From positions 1,731-65,730 of the forward strand of contig JBAYUF010000002.1 in the NCBI GenBank assembly GCA_041675205.1: a DNA stretch of 64,000 nucleotides. The letters are read 5' to 3'. Positions 19,150 to 28,270 of this stretch are shown here, one piece after another. Under the pieces are notes generated by a model that saw only the letters and a program-made list of their open reading frames with translations, was not told the origin of the DNA and made no database searches. The stretch comes from Patescibacteria group bacterium (GTDB lineage: Bacteria > Patescibacteriota > Patescibacteriia > GWA2-46-9). Within the stretch, counting starts at the first letter, position 1. Each line of letters starts with the position of its first letter. A program made the translations under genes and the position numbers.

Positions 19150-19782
19150 ATGAGCGACCAGATCAGCACAACCACCAACCCCGTCGGCAGCTGCGTGCAC
19201 TGCAGCAAGCCAGCGACGGGTGGGAACTGGGAGAAATACTTCCGTGTGCCCTCAATGATCGAGATCGAGAACTTTCTCGAGGCGCAAGGAATGCCCCGGA
19301 TCGTTCAGGAGGAGCACCTGTTCATGGTGCTCGTTTGCTCGGTCTGCCGACCCGAACTCGAAGCGGCGGGCATGGCCTTCCACCAGGTCTGCTCCGCGCG
19401 CAGGCTGATCAAAGAGGACGAGGTCAGGCGGGCGGAACAGGTGAAGCGCGAGGCCGAAGCCAAGGTGAAGCGCGAAGCCCGCGAGGCCGAAGCCAAGGTG
19501 AAGCGCGAAGCCCGCGAGGCCGAAGCCAAGGTGAAGCGCGAACGGGCTGCGGCGACTGCTGCCCTCTTCGGCCACAAGCCCGATGAGCAGCGTCAGCGTC
19601 CGCACCGCACGGAAGTGATCGGACGCATCGAGCCGACCACCAGGCCGGTTGAACTGCCCCGCCATGTCCGAGGCAATGGCCAGTTCCGGAACTCCCCGTT
19701 CGCCGACATGGGACAGCCGCCCCGCAACGAGGAGCGAACCCACCCCAAGAGCGGAAAAAGGAACCGCGGCCACCGCTCCTGA
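19150..19782 (+). CDS. Hypothetical protein with two CxxC pairs and a coiled-coil repeat
   Basis: CVHC and CSVC; (REAEAKVKREA)x3; SD GAGGTG. Confidence 0.65.
   Translation: MSDQISTTTNPVGSCVHCSKPATGGNWEKYFRVPSMIEIENFLEAQGMPRIVQEEHLFMVLVCSVCRPELEAAGMAFHQVCSARRLIKEDEVRRAEQVKREAEAKVKREAREAEAKVKREAREAEAKVKRERAAATAALFGHKPDEQRQRPHRTEVIGRIEPTTRPVELPRHVRGNGQFRNSPFADMGQPPRNEERTHPKSGKRNRGHRS
19447..19542 (+). repeat. 33-bp perfect coding tandem repeat (about 2.9 copies)
   Basis: CGCGAGGCCGAAGCCAAGGTGAAGCGCGAAGCC at 19447, 19480 and 19513 (partial). Confidence 0.95.
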
Positions 19783-19861
19783 CCACAACCGCTCACATGC
19801 CGCCTGCTCTCGACTTAAAGGAAGAGAGCAGGCGGCGGGACAAGTAAGAAGGAATGAAGCG

Positions 19862-20218
19862 ATGAAAGAAGACGACGTGAAGAAGAGTCTGCGGAGCTTC
19901 CTGGACGAGTCGTGCTCACCTGGAGCACAGCCCGTTCAGGAGGTCGTCGCATTGGTGTTTTGGCGGGAACACTACTGGTTCCCGCGACTGAGAGCAACGT
20001 TCGTGCGAAGAACGAACAAACACGGACTGTTGGTCGCCAACAGACACGTGATGGAGGCACGCAAGAACACGGCGCAGGCGAGCGCAGAGCTCGAGACCTG
20101 CGACGCCACCAGTCAGACGGTGTTCCTGGCCTCTATGGGCCATGCTCGCGAACATCGCTGCCAGTTGGCGAGCGACCTCATCGTCGCTGCGCTCAAGCGC
20201 TGCGGCTACATCAGCTGA
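19862..20218 (+). CDS. Hypothetical protein
   Basis: ORF from MKEDDVKK preceded by purine-rich SD and followed by hairpins. Confidence 0.5.
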   Translation: MKEDDVKKSLRSFLDESCSPGAQPVQEVVALVFWREHYWFPRLRATFVRRTNKHGLLVANRHVMEARKNTAQASAELETCDATSQTVFLASMGHAREHRCQLASDLIVAALKRCGYIS

Positions 20219-20425
20219 CGTGCCCAAGTCGCCACCCTGGCGACTACGGCCGAACAATTCCGAAAGGGCCCACACATCGTCAAGATGTTGTTCGGGCCCT
20301 TTCTTCGTTTTGAAAATTTTAAAACGACCAACTGACCAACGTTAGACAATTGACTGATGAGTATAATGCTGCTAATTTGCGGCCACGAACGAACGTTCAA
20401 AACTCGCAAGGAGCAAACCCCGACC

Positions 20426-21055
20426 ATGACGAATTGTTTTCGAATGATGGCAACAGGCATTCTACTTGAAGGCATTCCGGTTATCGGCAACGGAAAGCGC
20501 TGCGTACAGCTTGGCGACAGGGAGGACGTCCGTGTGATTCCATTTCATGCGCAACCACCCTTGGTGCGCGATGAGCTTCTTCGTGAAGCTGCACCGGATA
20601 AAACCAACCCCAAGCGTCCGCTGCTGCGTAGCAAGGGGCGGTGGGGTGGTGTGCTCATCATGGTAACGACTCGTATACTCCGCTTCCCGGAGACGACGAG
20701 CACCCACCTGCCGTGCATCATGAATGCGTGGGCGGGTATCGAACAGGCCGAATACCCTTTCGCGCAATCGGGCACACGATACTTGCTGGTCGCTATTGAG
20801 GATGGCGAGATATGTTTCGCTTGCGACACAACGAAGCGCTACGTACAGCTTTTTTGCAATAACGGCCGCATCGAAATATCAGCCGCCGACCCACAAAAAC
20901 TGGCCGGATGTCTGGTGGAACGAGCCAGACGAAGAGGCAATGCACACGCAGGTCTCACATGGACCCTGCGCACGCTCGAGAACCTGGGCTACGGGAATCT
21001 ATGGCCAGATGATCTCCGGAAACGACTCGCCGCAATGGACACCTGTCGATACTAA
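20426..21055 (+). CDS. Hypothetical protein
   Basis: AAGGAG SD, 209-aa ORF, upstream TTGACT/TATAAT-like elements. Confidence 0.6.
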   Translation: MTNCFRMMATGILLEGIPVIGNGKRCVQLGDREDVRVIPFHAQPPLVRDELLREAAPDKTNPKRPLLRSKGRWGGVLIMVTTRILRFPETTSTHLPCIMNAWAGIEQAEYPFAQSGTRYLLVAIEDGEICFACDTTKRYVQLFCNNGRIEISAADPQKLAGCLVERARRRGNAHAGLTWTLRTLENLGYGNLWPDDLRKRLAAMDTCRY

Positions 21056-21119
21056 AGATAAGCGCAACTGCGCTAAGGAGGAACGAGTGGCAAAGGGAAG
21101 GAAATAGGAAAGAGGCGCG

Positions 21120-21326
21120 GTGCCAAAACCCACCAAACCTTCTTCAACGGAGGAGCTGGCAGACCAAGTAAGAACGTTCCTCGACACGGCGACCCCGAAG
21201 GAACGCGAAATCTTTGCCGTACGCTTCGGCATCGGTACGCCAGACGGGAAATCTTTCCCGAAGACCAATGCGAAAATCGCCGCAATCGTGAAACGCGCGA
21301 TGGCGGCCCTCCATAATAAGACCTAG
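21120..21326 (+). CDS. Small stand-alone sigma-70 region 4-like protein
   Basis: FLDTATPKEREIFAVRFGI resembles RpoD LTPREAKVLRMRFGI; IVKRAMAALH resembles IEAKALRKLR. Confidence 0.6.
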   Translation: MPKPTKPSSTEELADQVRTFLDTATPKEREIFAVRFGIGTPDGKSFPKTNAKIAAIVKRAMAALHNKT

Positions 21327-21407
21327 CGGTCTTAGTCTCCGGCCAGAAGGCCCCCGCATTGCTTTAAACACAGCAGCGCCGGGGCCTTCGAACTTTTTGA
21401 ATTGCTT

Positions 21408-22403
21408 CTAGCTACTCGTTACTGGTGCGCCTACTGAGTAATTTACAAAAAAGGCTTCTGGTAAATCATCTACCTGTTTTGACCAGTTCGCGCCGTACAT
21501 ACTGACTGCAATGTCGGGTGACGTTACGTGCCGTAAGACTCCACCGAGCTGCACCACATAGACGTGTGGGTCTGTTGGCACCTTCACCATTCGCACTCCT
21601 GGGCGTGAGGTTACATTCCCACCAAGCGGGATGTTGGCAAGGTCTGTGTCAGTAATTTTTACAACACCTGTAAAGTCTGGGTACCAGCTGATGTAAGTTT
21701 TTTGATTTGGAAAAACATACCGCTTGTTGTCCGCACCACAGTAGTAGACGGCGCTCAGTGAACCCTTGATGAGTGTGTTCGACTCGCAAACTGTGTTGAA
21801 GTTCGCGACCAACTGCTTATCGTCATTTATGGTTGGCGCACTTTGTGTAGCTTTGGCGGGATCAAATTTTGTAACGCTATCTGCAACAACGAGGCTTGGG
21901 TAAGGATTTATAGGAGAGTGGTCTGGTAAACGTATTTCAAAATGAAGATGCGACCCAATGTTTTCGGCATTACCGCTATCACCAACCCAACCAATATGTT
22001 GCCCAGCCACCACCGGTGACCCACGCTCAATTCCCGGTGCATAGGCATACGGCGGGCCACCTAAACCGTCATCGGTGCCAGGCGTGTCGTTATTAATGTG
22101 AAGGTAATGATACGAGTATCCGTCATTTCCCCGAATGATAATAGTAAATCCGTACGACGGCTCTTCTTGGGGCAATGAGCTAACATAGCCGCCTACGGCG
22201 GAAACAACTGGTGTCATTTTTGCAGCAGTAATATCTATACCCTCGTGCACGCGCCCACCAGAGCGAGGGTCACCATAGTCATCACTAAAACTGTGCGCAC
22301 CATTCACTGGGAACGTAATGGTACGAAGTTCCTGCGTCTCAGCAAGACTGACTGCGGGAAGCAATAGTGAAAAGACTGAGATTATAGTGACAATTTTCAA
22401 CAT
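21408..22403 (-). CDS. Secreted M23 family peptidase
   Basis: Signal peptide; HEGID, YLH, GDSGNA and HLHFE Zn motifs; C-terminal repeat domain. Confidence 0.9.
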   Translation of the reverse strand: MLKIVTIISVFSLLLPAVSLAETQELRTITFPVNGAHSFSDDYGDPRSGGRVHEGIDITAAKMTPVVSAVGGYVSSLPQEEPSYGFTIIIRGNDGYSYHYLHINNDTPGTDDGLGGPPYAYAPGIERGSPVVAGQHIGWVGDSGNAENIGSHLHFEIRLPDHSPINPYPSLVVADSVTKFDPAKATQSAPTINDDKQLVANFNTVCESNTLIKGSLSAVYYCGADNKRYVFPNQKTYISWYPDFTGVVKITDTDLANIPLGGNVTSRPGVRMVKVPTDPHVYVVQLGGVLRHVTSPDIAVSMYGANWSKQVDDLPEAFFVNYSVGAPVTSS

Positions 22404-22674
22404 AAGCTCTGCATTGTTATATATCTGCTGCTACAAGTAGCACTTCAGGGCTAGGCAGTAGCCTAGCATGGATTAACCACCAACAGCATCGTGGTAACCA
22501 GCGTATGAGATGCGACTGAAAGGGAAGTGATTACATGGTTAAGGTAACTTTTGATACGTCATTAACTTTAAAAACAGGTTAATCTTCTTGATCATCGTTC
22601 TTTTTAATTGGGGCTATTGACAGTTTTATTTATAAAGCTAAGGTGTGGGCACAAACCAAGGAGGTGGCACAACA

Positions 22675-22965
22675 ATGCCAACGCAAAGGTTCAACAACTA
22701 CCAACGAGGGGCCAATCGCCCCCTGAACGGTGAACGGTTCGGTGACAGTCGCCTTGAGTGGGTACTCGGTTGCAGCGGTACGCACCACGCCCGACTCACT
22801 GAACGAGTCGAAGTCGTGAACGACGAGGGGGTACCGTTCGTTCAACACAGCCGAACGCAGAAGGACATCAAGGTCACAACAAAGGGCCCCTGCGATGGTT
22901 CTTGTACCGGCCGGCAGGGAGGGGGCCACTTCTTCGCCGAAGTCGACTCAGTTGGCGACAGCTAA
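22675..22965 (+). CDS. Hypothetical protein
   Basis: AAGGAGG SD; promoter TTGACA-N16-TAAGGT; downstream terminator. Confidence 0.55.
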   Translation: MPTQRFNNYQRGANRPLNGERFGDSRLEWVLGCSGTHHARLTERVEVVNDEGVPFVQHSRTQKDIKVTTKGPCDGSCTGRQGGGHFFAEVDSVGDS

Positions 22966-23050
22966 CTGCTCGCACAACCCAAGACACATTTGGGTGTAGG
23001 GAGCCAACACAGAGAATCATGAAGAGGGAACATGTGTCGTTCCCTCTTCA

Positions 23051-23127
23051 TCTTTTTTAAAAAGTTTTGGAAACAAAAACACTCCCGTTGCACGGGGGAT
23101 GTGTATTGATTTTTAGCCTTAGAGGGG
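23051..23127. repeat. Cassette-boundary repeat family A, copy 1
   Basis: TTTTTTAAAAAGTTTTGGAAACAAAAACACTCCCGTTGCACGGGGGATGTGTATTGATTTTTAGCC; homologous to 24992-25052 and 27971-28036. Confidence 0.85.
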
Positions 23128-23279
23128 CCACCAAGGGACGTGATACCCTACAACGGGTTATAAAATAAACCGACTCAAAGCCCCTAAATCCAACCCAGTT
23201 TGGGTCAGCAACATGCTTTGCCAGTGTCTAGCCTGATGGAAAGCTGTATACTTATAACAATATTAATGATTAGAATTTT

Positions 23280-23879
23280 ATGAATAATAAAGTGGTCTCA
23301 ATTGTCGTCGCCGTTTTGGTAACCCTTGGTCTTGCTTCAGGCGTCTATTTTATGGTGGGTAGTCCCTCCAAAACCGAGCTACAGGTTGACCAAGCAATTC
23401 AAATTGATACTCAAGAACAAGCCGAAACGGATTCAGCAAATGTGACTGAGCCATCAAAGTCCACCTCTCTAAAAATCCTACTAGCCTCAGGCCAACCTCA
23501 GCGCTGTCAGTTTATAGATTCCACTGATCCTTTTAAAACACAGGGCACCGTGTTTATAAATGGTGGAAAAGTAAGAGGAGACTTAATGTCCACAAGAGAT
23601 TCCAAAATAATGAAATTTCATATGATTGGCGATATGGAAACAAATTACGTTTGGGTTGAAGGGATGACAACCGGTGCTAAATCTACAGTAAAAAGTTCTT
23701 CCGCAGTTCCCGGCGATGATAAATGGCAAGGAATTGATAATGACAAAGAAGCCGACTACCGTTGCGATCCCTGGATAGTAGATAGCTCCTTATTTGTTTT
23801 ACCGACAAACATAGAATTTATTGACATGTCACGGCCGATCATAGATCAAGGACCAATCGGTTTGCCTAACAATAACTAG
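23280..23879 (+). CDS. Hypothetical exported/membrane-anchored protein
   Basis: N-terminal TM; SL..LL.SG....C.F, GKVRGD, Y.C.PW.VD.S.F.LP..I.F pattern. Confidence 0.75.
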   Translation: MNNKVVSIVVAVLVTLGLASGVYFMVGSPSKTELQVDQAIQIDTQEQAETDSANVTEPSKSTSLKILLASGQPQRCQFIDSTDPFKTQGTVFINGGKVRGDLMSTRDSKIMKFHMIGDMETNYVWVEGMTTGAKSTVKSSSAVPGDDKWQGIDNDKEADYRCDPWIVDSSLFVLPTNIEFIDMSRPIIDQGPIGLPNNN

Positions 23880-23992
23880 CCGAGGAGTCTCGTCCTGAAC
23901 AGCCCCAAATACTTGCGCACGTTCGCACCTCTCGGCGCTCGACTGCGCTTTGACTGTTTCGTCCTTGCTCGTTCGAATTTTCTGCTTATTAA

Positions 23993-24042
23993 ATAAAAAA
24001 TACCTGGCGCTATGTCAGGTATTTTTTATTAGCCCTAGAAGG
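23993..24042. repeat. Cassette-boundary repeat family B, copy 1 (hairpin plus TAGCCC)
   Basis: AAAAAATACCTGGCGCTATGTCAGGTATTTTTTATTAGCCC versus AAAAAACCTGGCGCACAGCCAGATTTTTTCTTTTAGCCC near 29222-29270. Confidence 0.7.
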
Positions 24043-24144
24043 AAATAGTGAAGATTGGCACTCCGGAAGAGGACAGAACTATATTGACCGTCTATTAGAC
24101 CAAGAGTAAGGTGGCCGCACAACTGCAGAAGGAGGAACTGCTTT

Positions 24145-24639
24145 ATGCTCATTAGAATTGAATACTTAGGACAGTTCGTTGGTTGGCGCATTGATTGCGA
24201 CGGTTGCGGCGTCAAGGACGAACACGACCGCGGCCCGGAAGGTCAGATTCTCCTCGCACACAACGAGGAGAGGGAAGCCTACGATTCGGCCTCATGCACG
24301 GAGTGCGACAACAGCCCATGGATTCTCCGCGTCGGTGACGACGACCTCTGTGAGTCGTGTCGCAACGAGGGTCCGCTGACAGCCGATCAACGGCGCATCT
24401 ACGGCCACCTCCTCGATGCCGCCGTCGCCCACGAAGCCGACATACCAGTCAATGATCTACTCACTACCAGGTTAGCTGACACAACCCCTGCCATCGACGC
24501 TCTCCTAGCAAACGTGCTCGGAGCAACAAAATTGGAACCTCCCCAGGACGCCATGAAAATCAAGATACAACTCTTGGGGTCACCTCCTACTGTTGCGTGG
24601 GTACTCAGAAATGCCGCGCGCGGGCTTAAGGTGAGCTAG
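24145..24639 (+). CDS. Hypothetical protein with three CxxC pairs
   Basis: CDGC, CTEC, CESC; AAGGAGG SD; promoter TTGACC-N17-TAAGGT. Confidence 0.65.
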   Translation: MLIRIEYLGQFVGWRIDCDGCGVKDEHDRGPEGQILLAHNEEREAYDSASCTECDNSPWILRVGDDDLCESCRNEGPLTADQRRIYGHLLDAAVAHEADIPVNDLLTTRLADTTPAIDALLANVLGATKLEPPQDAMKIKIQLLGSPPTVAWVLRNAARGLKVS

Positions 24640-24672
24640 TGTCCTGAAAACGAAGGACCACAGGAGGAGCCA

Positions 24673-24924
24673 ATGAATAATAAGCGAGGAGATATAACCA
24701 AGCTACTAAGGAAACTGCGTGTAGCTGTCAAGGTAATCGAAGATTTTGACCTTCGTGCATTGCGGCGGGAACTGAAAGAAACACAAACAGAGATGGCTCA
24801 GATGCTCGGTGTTTCTCTGCGGACATACAGTACGTGGGAGAGGAAGGAGTCGAACACACCACTTCGAACGCTGAAATATCTCTGCACCCCAAGCAAGAAG
24901 ACGACCGCCAAACGCAAGCGATGA
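24673..24924 (+). CDS. XRE-family helix-turn-helix protein
   Basis: LRALRRELKETQTEMAQMLGVSLRTYSTWER; AGGAGG SD. Confidence 0.88.
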   Translation: MNNKRGDITKLLRKLRVAVKVIEDFDLRALRRELKETQTEMAQMLGVSLRTYSTWERKESNTPLRTLKYLCTPSKKTTAKRKR

Positions 24925-24991
24925 AAACAAGATAGGAACCGCCGAACGAAGAAGACCCGTGTGCATTGCAACTGCAGTGCCCGGGTCTTCG

Positions 24992-25052
24992 TTCTTTTTG
25001 AAAAGGTTTTAAAAATAAAAACAATCCCGTTGCACGGGATGTTTTGATTTTT
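24992..25052. repeat. Cassette-boundary repeat family A, copy 2
   Basis: TTCTTTTTGAAAAGGTTTTAAAAATAAAAACAATCCCGTTGCACGGGATGTTTTGATTTTT. Confidence 0.85.
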
Positions 25053-25089
25053 GTTAGTAGAGTACTATCCTTTGGGTAAGGAGGATACC

Positions 25090-25248
25090 GTGAACACCAT
25101 CGAAGACTTGATTGGAATGATCTTTACCGCGGCCGCTGAAGAGGGGTGGCAACCAAATGGGGATACCTTGATGATAGTTGATCCTATCATCTATCGCCTG
25201 AAGCTCGTCGTCAAACCAGATGGCACCATGGTTTGGGAAGACGACTAG
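25090..25248 (+). CDS. Small hypothetical protein
   Basis: AGGAGG SD before GTG at 25090; 52 aa. Confidence 0.45.
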   Translation: MNTIEDLIGMIFTAAAEEGWQPNGDTLMIVDPIIYRLKLVVKPDGTMVWEDD

Positions 25249-25370
25249 ACCGCCGCCCATGCCCACCACTGAAGTCCGTCGGGCGCACAGCAAAAGATAG
25301 CTGTCGCGCTCGATGGGCTTCTTCATTTTCAAAAGTCAGCCCACCCTTTCAGGTTAGATTTTTTTAGCCT

Positions 25371-25432
25371 CACTCCCGCAGGGATCGTTCACAAAAAAAC
25401 GTGCTTATCCATGTTTTTCATTGCGCAACTTG
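25371..25432. repeat. Repeat family C, copy 1 (left of the PLP/methyltransferase cassette)
   Basis: CACTCCCGCAGGGATCGTTCACAAAAAAACGTGCTTA versus CACTCCCACAGGAATCGTTCACACGAAAGCGTGCTCA at 27750. Confidence 0.75.
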
Positions 25433-25492
25433 TCCTCGTGTAAGCATACAGAATCAGAGATTAATCAAATACTCAATTCTCTAATTCCACCC

Positions 25493-26860
25493 CTAAATAA
25501 GTTCAATTGCCACTTGTTTGAAAATATGAACTATGTTGCTGAAATCTTGCTCTGATTCAATCCCTGCAGCTATTCTGACGGTTCTTTTGTCCATACCATA
25601 GTTTGAAAGCCATGTTTTTTCATGCCCAAAACTTGAACCTAAACCAACGCTTTCACCGGCGAGATCTTTAACTCTTTGTATAAACTGCTCTCCGGTAATT
25701 TTTTCTGGCACTGTTACATAAAATAAGGTAACGGCTCCCTCTGGTGCCAATTCCTGCACAAGCTCATTTTGTTTGTGCGTGGGTAAGTTTGGGTGGGAAA
25801 CCTCAAGGCCTGTTATTCCACTTAACGCTTCAGCAAGTTGCAGTGCATTCCGTGCATGATTTTTCATTTTTCCGGCCATCGTTTCTGAAATACTATCTGG
25901 AATTTTTCTTTCATCAGTCGGCTGTAAATATGTTCCTAGTTCGATTCTCCTTGTCTTAATTGCCCTCGTTTTCTCGTCATTATCAGAATATGCAACCCCT
26001 AAGGTTATTTCATTTGCCCCCTCCTGGTAGTGCTTCGTTCCGCTTTCAACAATAACCTTCTCAACATTAAACTTTTTTAGAACTTGTAATGGATTTATTA
26101 ATACTGGTGACGGCAACGTATTGTCAATAATTACAGATAATTTTTCGCGACTATCTCCAGTCACTCGCTTCACCATCCGCTCAAGTTCGCGTACCACTTC
26201 TTCGCGAGCAAGCTCGGTATCCTGCTCAATGCACCTTACGGCTTTACGAAATACAAAAGGATTCTGACCGACTCGGTATTCCTCTATCGAAGCCAAAATG
26301 ATGGCCTGCGTTTCTGCTGATAGCCCAGTAAGATTTTTTCTCTTCTCACAAAACTTGGTCAATATTTTTTCTGACGTTCTATTTTCTTGATAATCCAGAT
26401 TTGTCGTTTGCACAATTTCCCCGACCCCCTCGAGATCGGTTACTTCCATACCTTTAGAATTTGCAACTGTTTCAACCACTATCAGTCGAGGTTTTTCTCT
26501 CTCAACAAGTTCCCGCAAAGCTGCAAGATCGGTGGAGTCAAAAATAACTACCCGTATCCCTAGACCTTCTAACGACTGAATGTCTTTTTTTGTGGTGTCA
26601 TAAATAGCATCAGCACAAAATACTACATCGCCAACCTTCAAACCTTCTGCCGCAATGGCTGAGTGCATCGCAGCTGCTCCAGAATTAAAAAGGGCAACAT
26701 CAGATGCCCCCTCAATCATTTTAGTTAACTCCGCCTCTCTTTCTTGAAGCTCTTTATAATTATAGCGGGCGTAACCAACCTCGTTAATTTCTTCATTAAA
26801 TTGTCCCATGGTCTCGAATTCTGCAGCAATCTTCGGTTGTTTAAACGAACTCTCCGGCAT
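25493..26860 (-). CDS. PLP-dependent Cys/Met-metabolism family enzyme, divergent, with a large insertion
   Basis: YAR, FNSGAAA, ETVAN, IIDNTL, ESGTKHY (Schiff-base Lys), SFG and VRIAAGIE motifs. Confidence 0.75.
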   Translation of the reverse strand: MPESSFKQPKIAAEFETMGQFNEEINEVGYARYNYKELQEREAELTKMIEGASDVALFNSGAAAMHSAIAAEGLKVGDVVFCADAIYDTTKKDIQSLEGLGIRVVIFDSTDLAALRELVEREKPRLIVVETVANSKGMEVTDLEGVGEIVQTTNLDYQENRTSEKILTKFCEKRKNLTGLSAETQAIILASIEEYRVGQNPFVFRKAVRCIEQDTELAREEVVRELERMVKRVTGDSREKLSVIIDNTLPSPVLINPLQVLKKFNVEKVIVESGTKHYQEGANEITLGVAYSDNDEKTRAIKTRRIELGTYLQPTDERKIPDSISETMAGKMKNHARNALQLAEALSGITGLEVSHPNLPTHKQNELVQELAPEGAVTLFYVTVPEKITGEQFIQRVKDLAGESVGLGSSFGHEKTWLSNYGMDKRTVRIAAGIESEQDFSNIVHIFKQVAIELI

Positions 26861-26861
26861 A

Positions 26862-27695
26862 CTACTTCGTCAATTTAATAACCGGCATATTCCGAGTAAA
26901 CTCATGCGATGTAAACAACCACTCGATTTTTTTAAAACCGGCGGCTTCAATTTCTTTTTGAATTTCCTCTTTTGTTACGTAACTACGAAACTTTGTACCT
27001 GCAGCCATTGAAATTAGTGGTTGGATGTCCGTATAATCTTCGTCGCTAATTTTCCCCTGCTCATGAATTTTTTTTATGACCTCACGAGCTTTAGGATAAT
27101 CTAGATACCCTTGTTTATCAGCACAATAAATATAAAGAGGAACCTCCAAATAACTGAACAGTCGATACGGTCTACTGGAAACTAACCCCCATTTACTTAC
27201 CACTTCTATCAACTCGCCATTGTTCTCGGGGAATAACACGTTACCTCGACAGAAAAAAACACCGCCAACTTTCAAAGAATCATACATTTTTTGAAACAGT
27301 AGCCGAACCTGATCTCCCCGTATGACGTTGAAAGGACGATGCCCTAATATATAGTCAAAATAATTCTGATAGTTTATCTGAAGCCAGTCTGCTTCAATAA
27401 AATGTTCTTGTTCAAATTTTTCCTCAGCATAGGAAGTCAGCGCATCGAAATTCTCTTTCGCAAAATCAACAACATAAGGATGGGTACCAAGTTTTTTGCA
27501 TAGCGACCTATATTCTATAGTGGAACCAAGTATCATTACGTTGATATCCGACGGTGGTACACCAGAAGCTAGTATTTCTTTCTTTTCTATTTCCAACTCC
27601 TCGTCGTCTGGTCGAGCTGGTATTGGATATTTGTCCCACAGCTCGGCATAGCTCCAGCTCGCCTTTGTTTCATCAATTTCTCTACTTTTTAGCAT
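26862..27695 (-). CDS. Class I SAM-dependent methyltransferase-like protein
   Basis: MILGST, VVDF, IEADW, FDYILG, LKVGGVF and AAGF motifs; directly coupled to the PLP enzyme gene. Confidence 0.7.
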   Translation of the reverse strand: MLKSREIDETKASWSYAELWDKYPIPARPDDEELEIEKKEILASGVPPSDINVMILGSTIEYRSLCKKLGTHPYVVDFAKENFDALTSYAEEKFEQEHFIEADWLQINYQNYFDYILGHRPFNVIRGDQVRLLFQKMYDSLKVGGVFFCRGNVLFPENNGELIEVVSKWGLVSSRPYRLFSYLEVPLYIYCADKQGYLDYPKAREVIKKIHEQGKISDEDYTDIQPLISMAAGTKFRSYVTKEEIQKEIEAAGFKKIEWLFTSHEFTRNMPVIKLTK

Positions 27696-27749
27696 ATACA
27701 CTAACTTAATACTTATGACTTAATTATACCTTAGTTCTGACAGTGTCCC

Positions 27750-27812
27750 CACTCCCACAGGAATCGTTCACACGAAAGCGTGCTCACTCCCTTTGGTCGT
27801 TGTGCTGCTTGT
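27750..27812. repeat. Repeat family C, copy 2
   Basis: Homologous to 25371-25432. Confidence 0.75.
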
Positions 27813-27970
27813 ATTTACGGGGCGAATCTCACCACGGTTCAATTTCTCAGAATGGGAGGAAGAAATAAAAGCCCCTAATAGGGCCATATTAATAGGTTTA
27901 CAAAGAACGGTTTAGGAGTTTACAAAAGAGGAGAGACCCGCACCATATCACTGGTGTTCCGGGTCTCTTC

Positions 27971-28036
27971 TTCTTTTTGAAAAGGTTTTGGAAACAAAAA
28001 CAATCCCGTTGGACGGGATGTTTTGATTTTTAGCCC
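27971..28036. repeat. Cassette-boundary repeat family A, copy 3, ending in att-like TAGCCC
   Basis: TTCTTTTTGAAAAGGTTTTGGAAACAAAAACAATCCCGTTGGACGGGATGTTTTGATTTTTAGCCC. Confidence 0.85.
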
Positions 28037-28152
28037 AAGTGGGTGCGCATTGGAACTCTATTGTTTTGGAGCTGAGAGAATGGTTGAGGTTTGGGGAGGA
28101 GATGAAAGCCTTAGATTTTCAAAAGGAAGTGGTGCAAATTGGTACTCCGTAG
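28030..28152 (+). other. Start-less recombinase C-terminal tail cassette, copy 2
   Basis: Translates as LAQVGAHWNSIVLELREWLRFGEEMKALDFQKEVVQIGTP*; paralogous to 29502-29618. Confidence 0.75.
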
Positions 28153-28270
28153 CGGGAGTGGAACTAGGTCCTGTAAGGTGGAAAACTTTCTTGGCTTTAG
28201 TAAGGGAAGTATATTTTTCAATTACTGAAATTCCGCAATTATATAACCATGCCCCTTAAAACAGAATTAG

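Noticed and set aside
18491-20490. Many overlapping antisense ORFs in the GC-rich orphan region
   Set aside because: Expected shadows of GC-rich coding sequence; SD, promoter and terminator signals support only the + strand ORFs.
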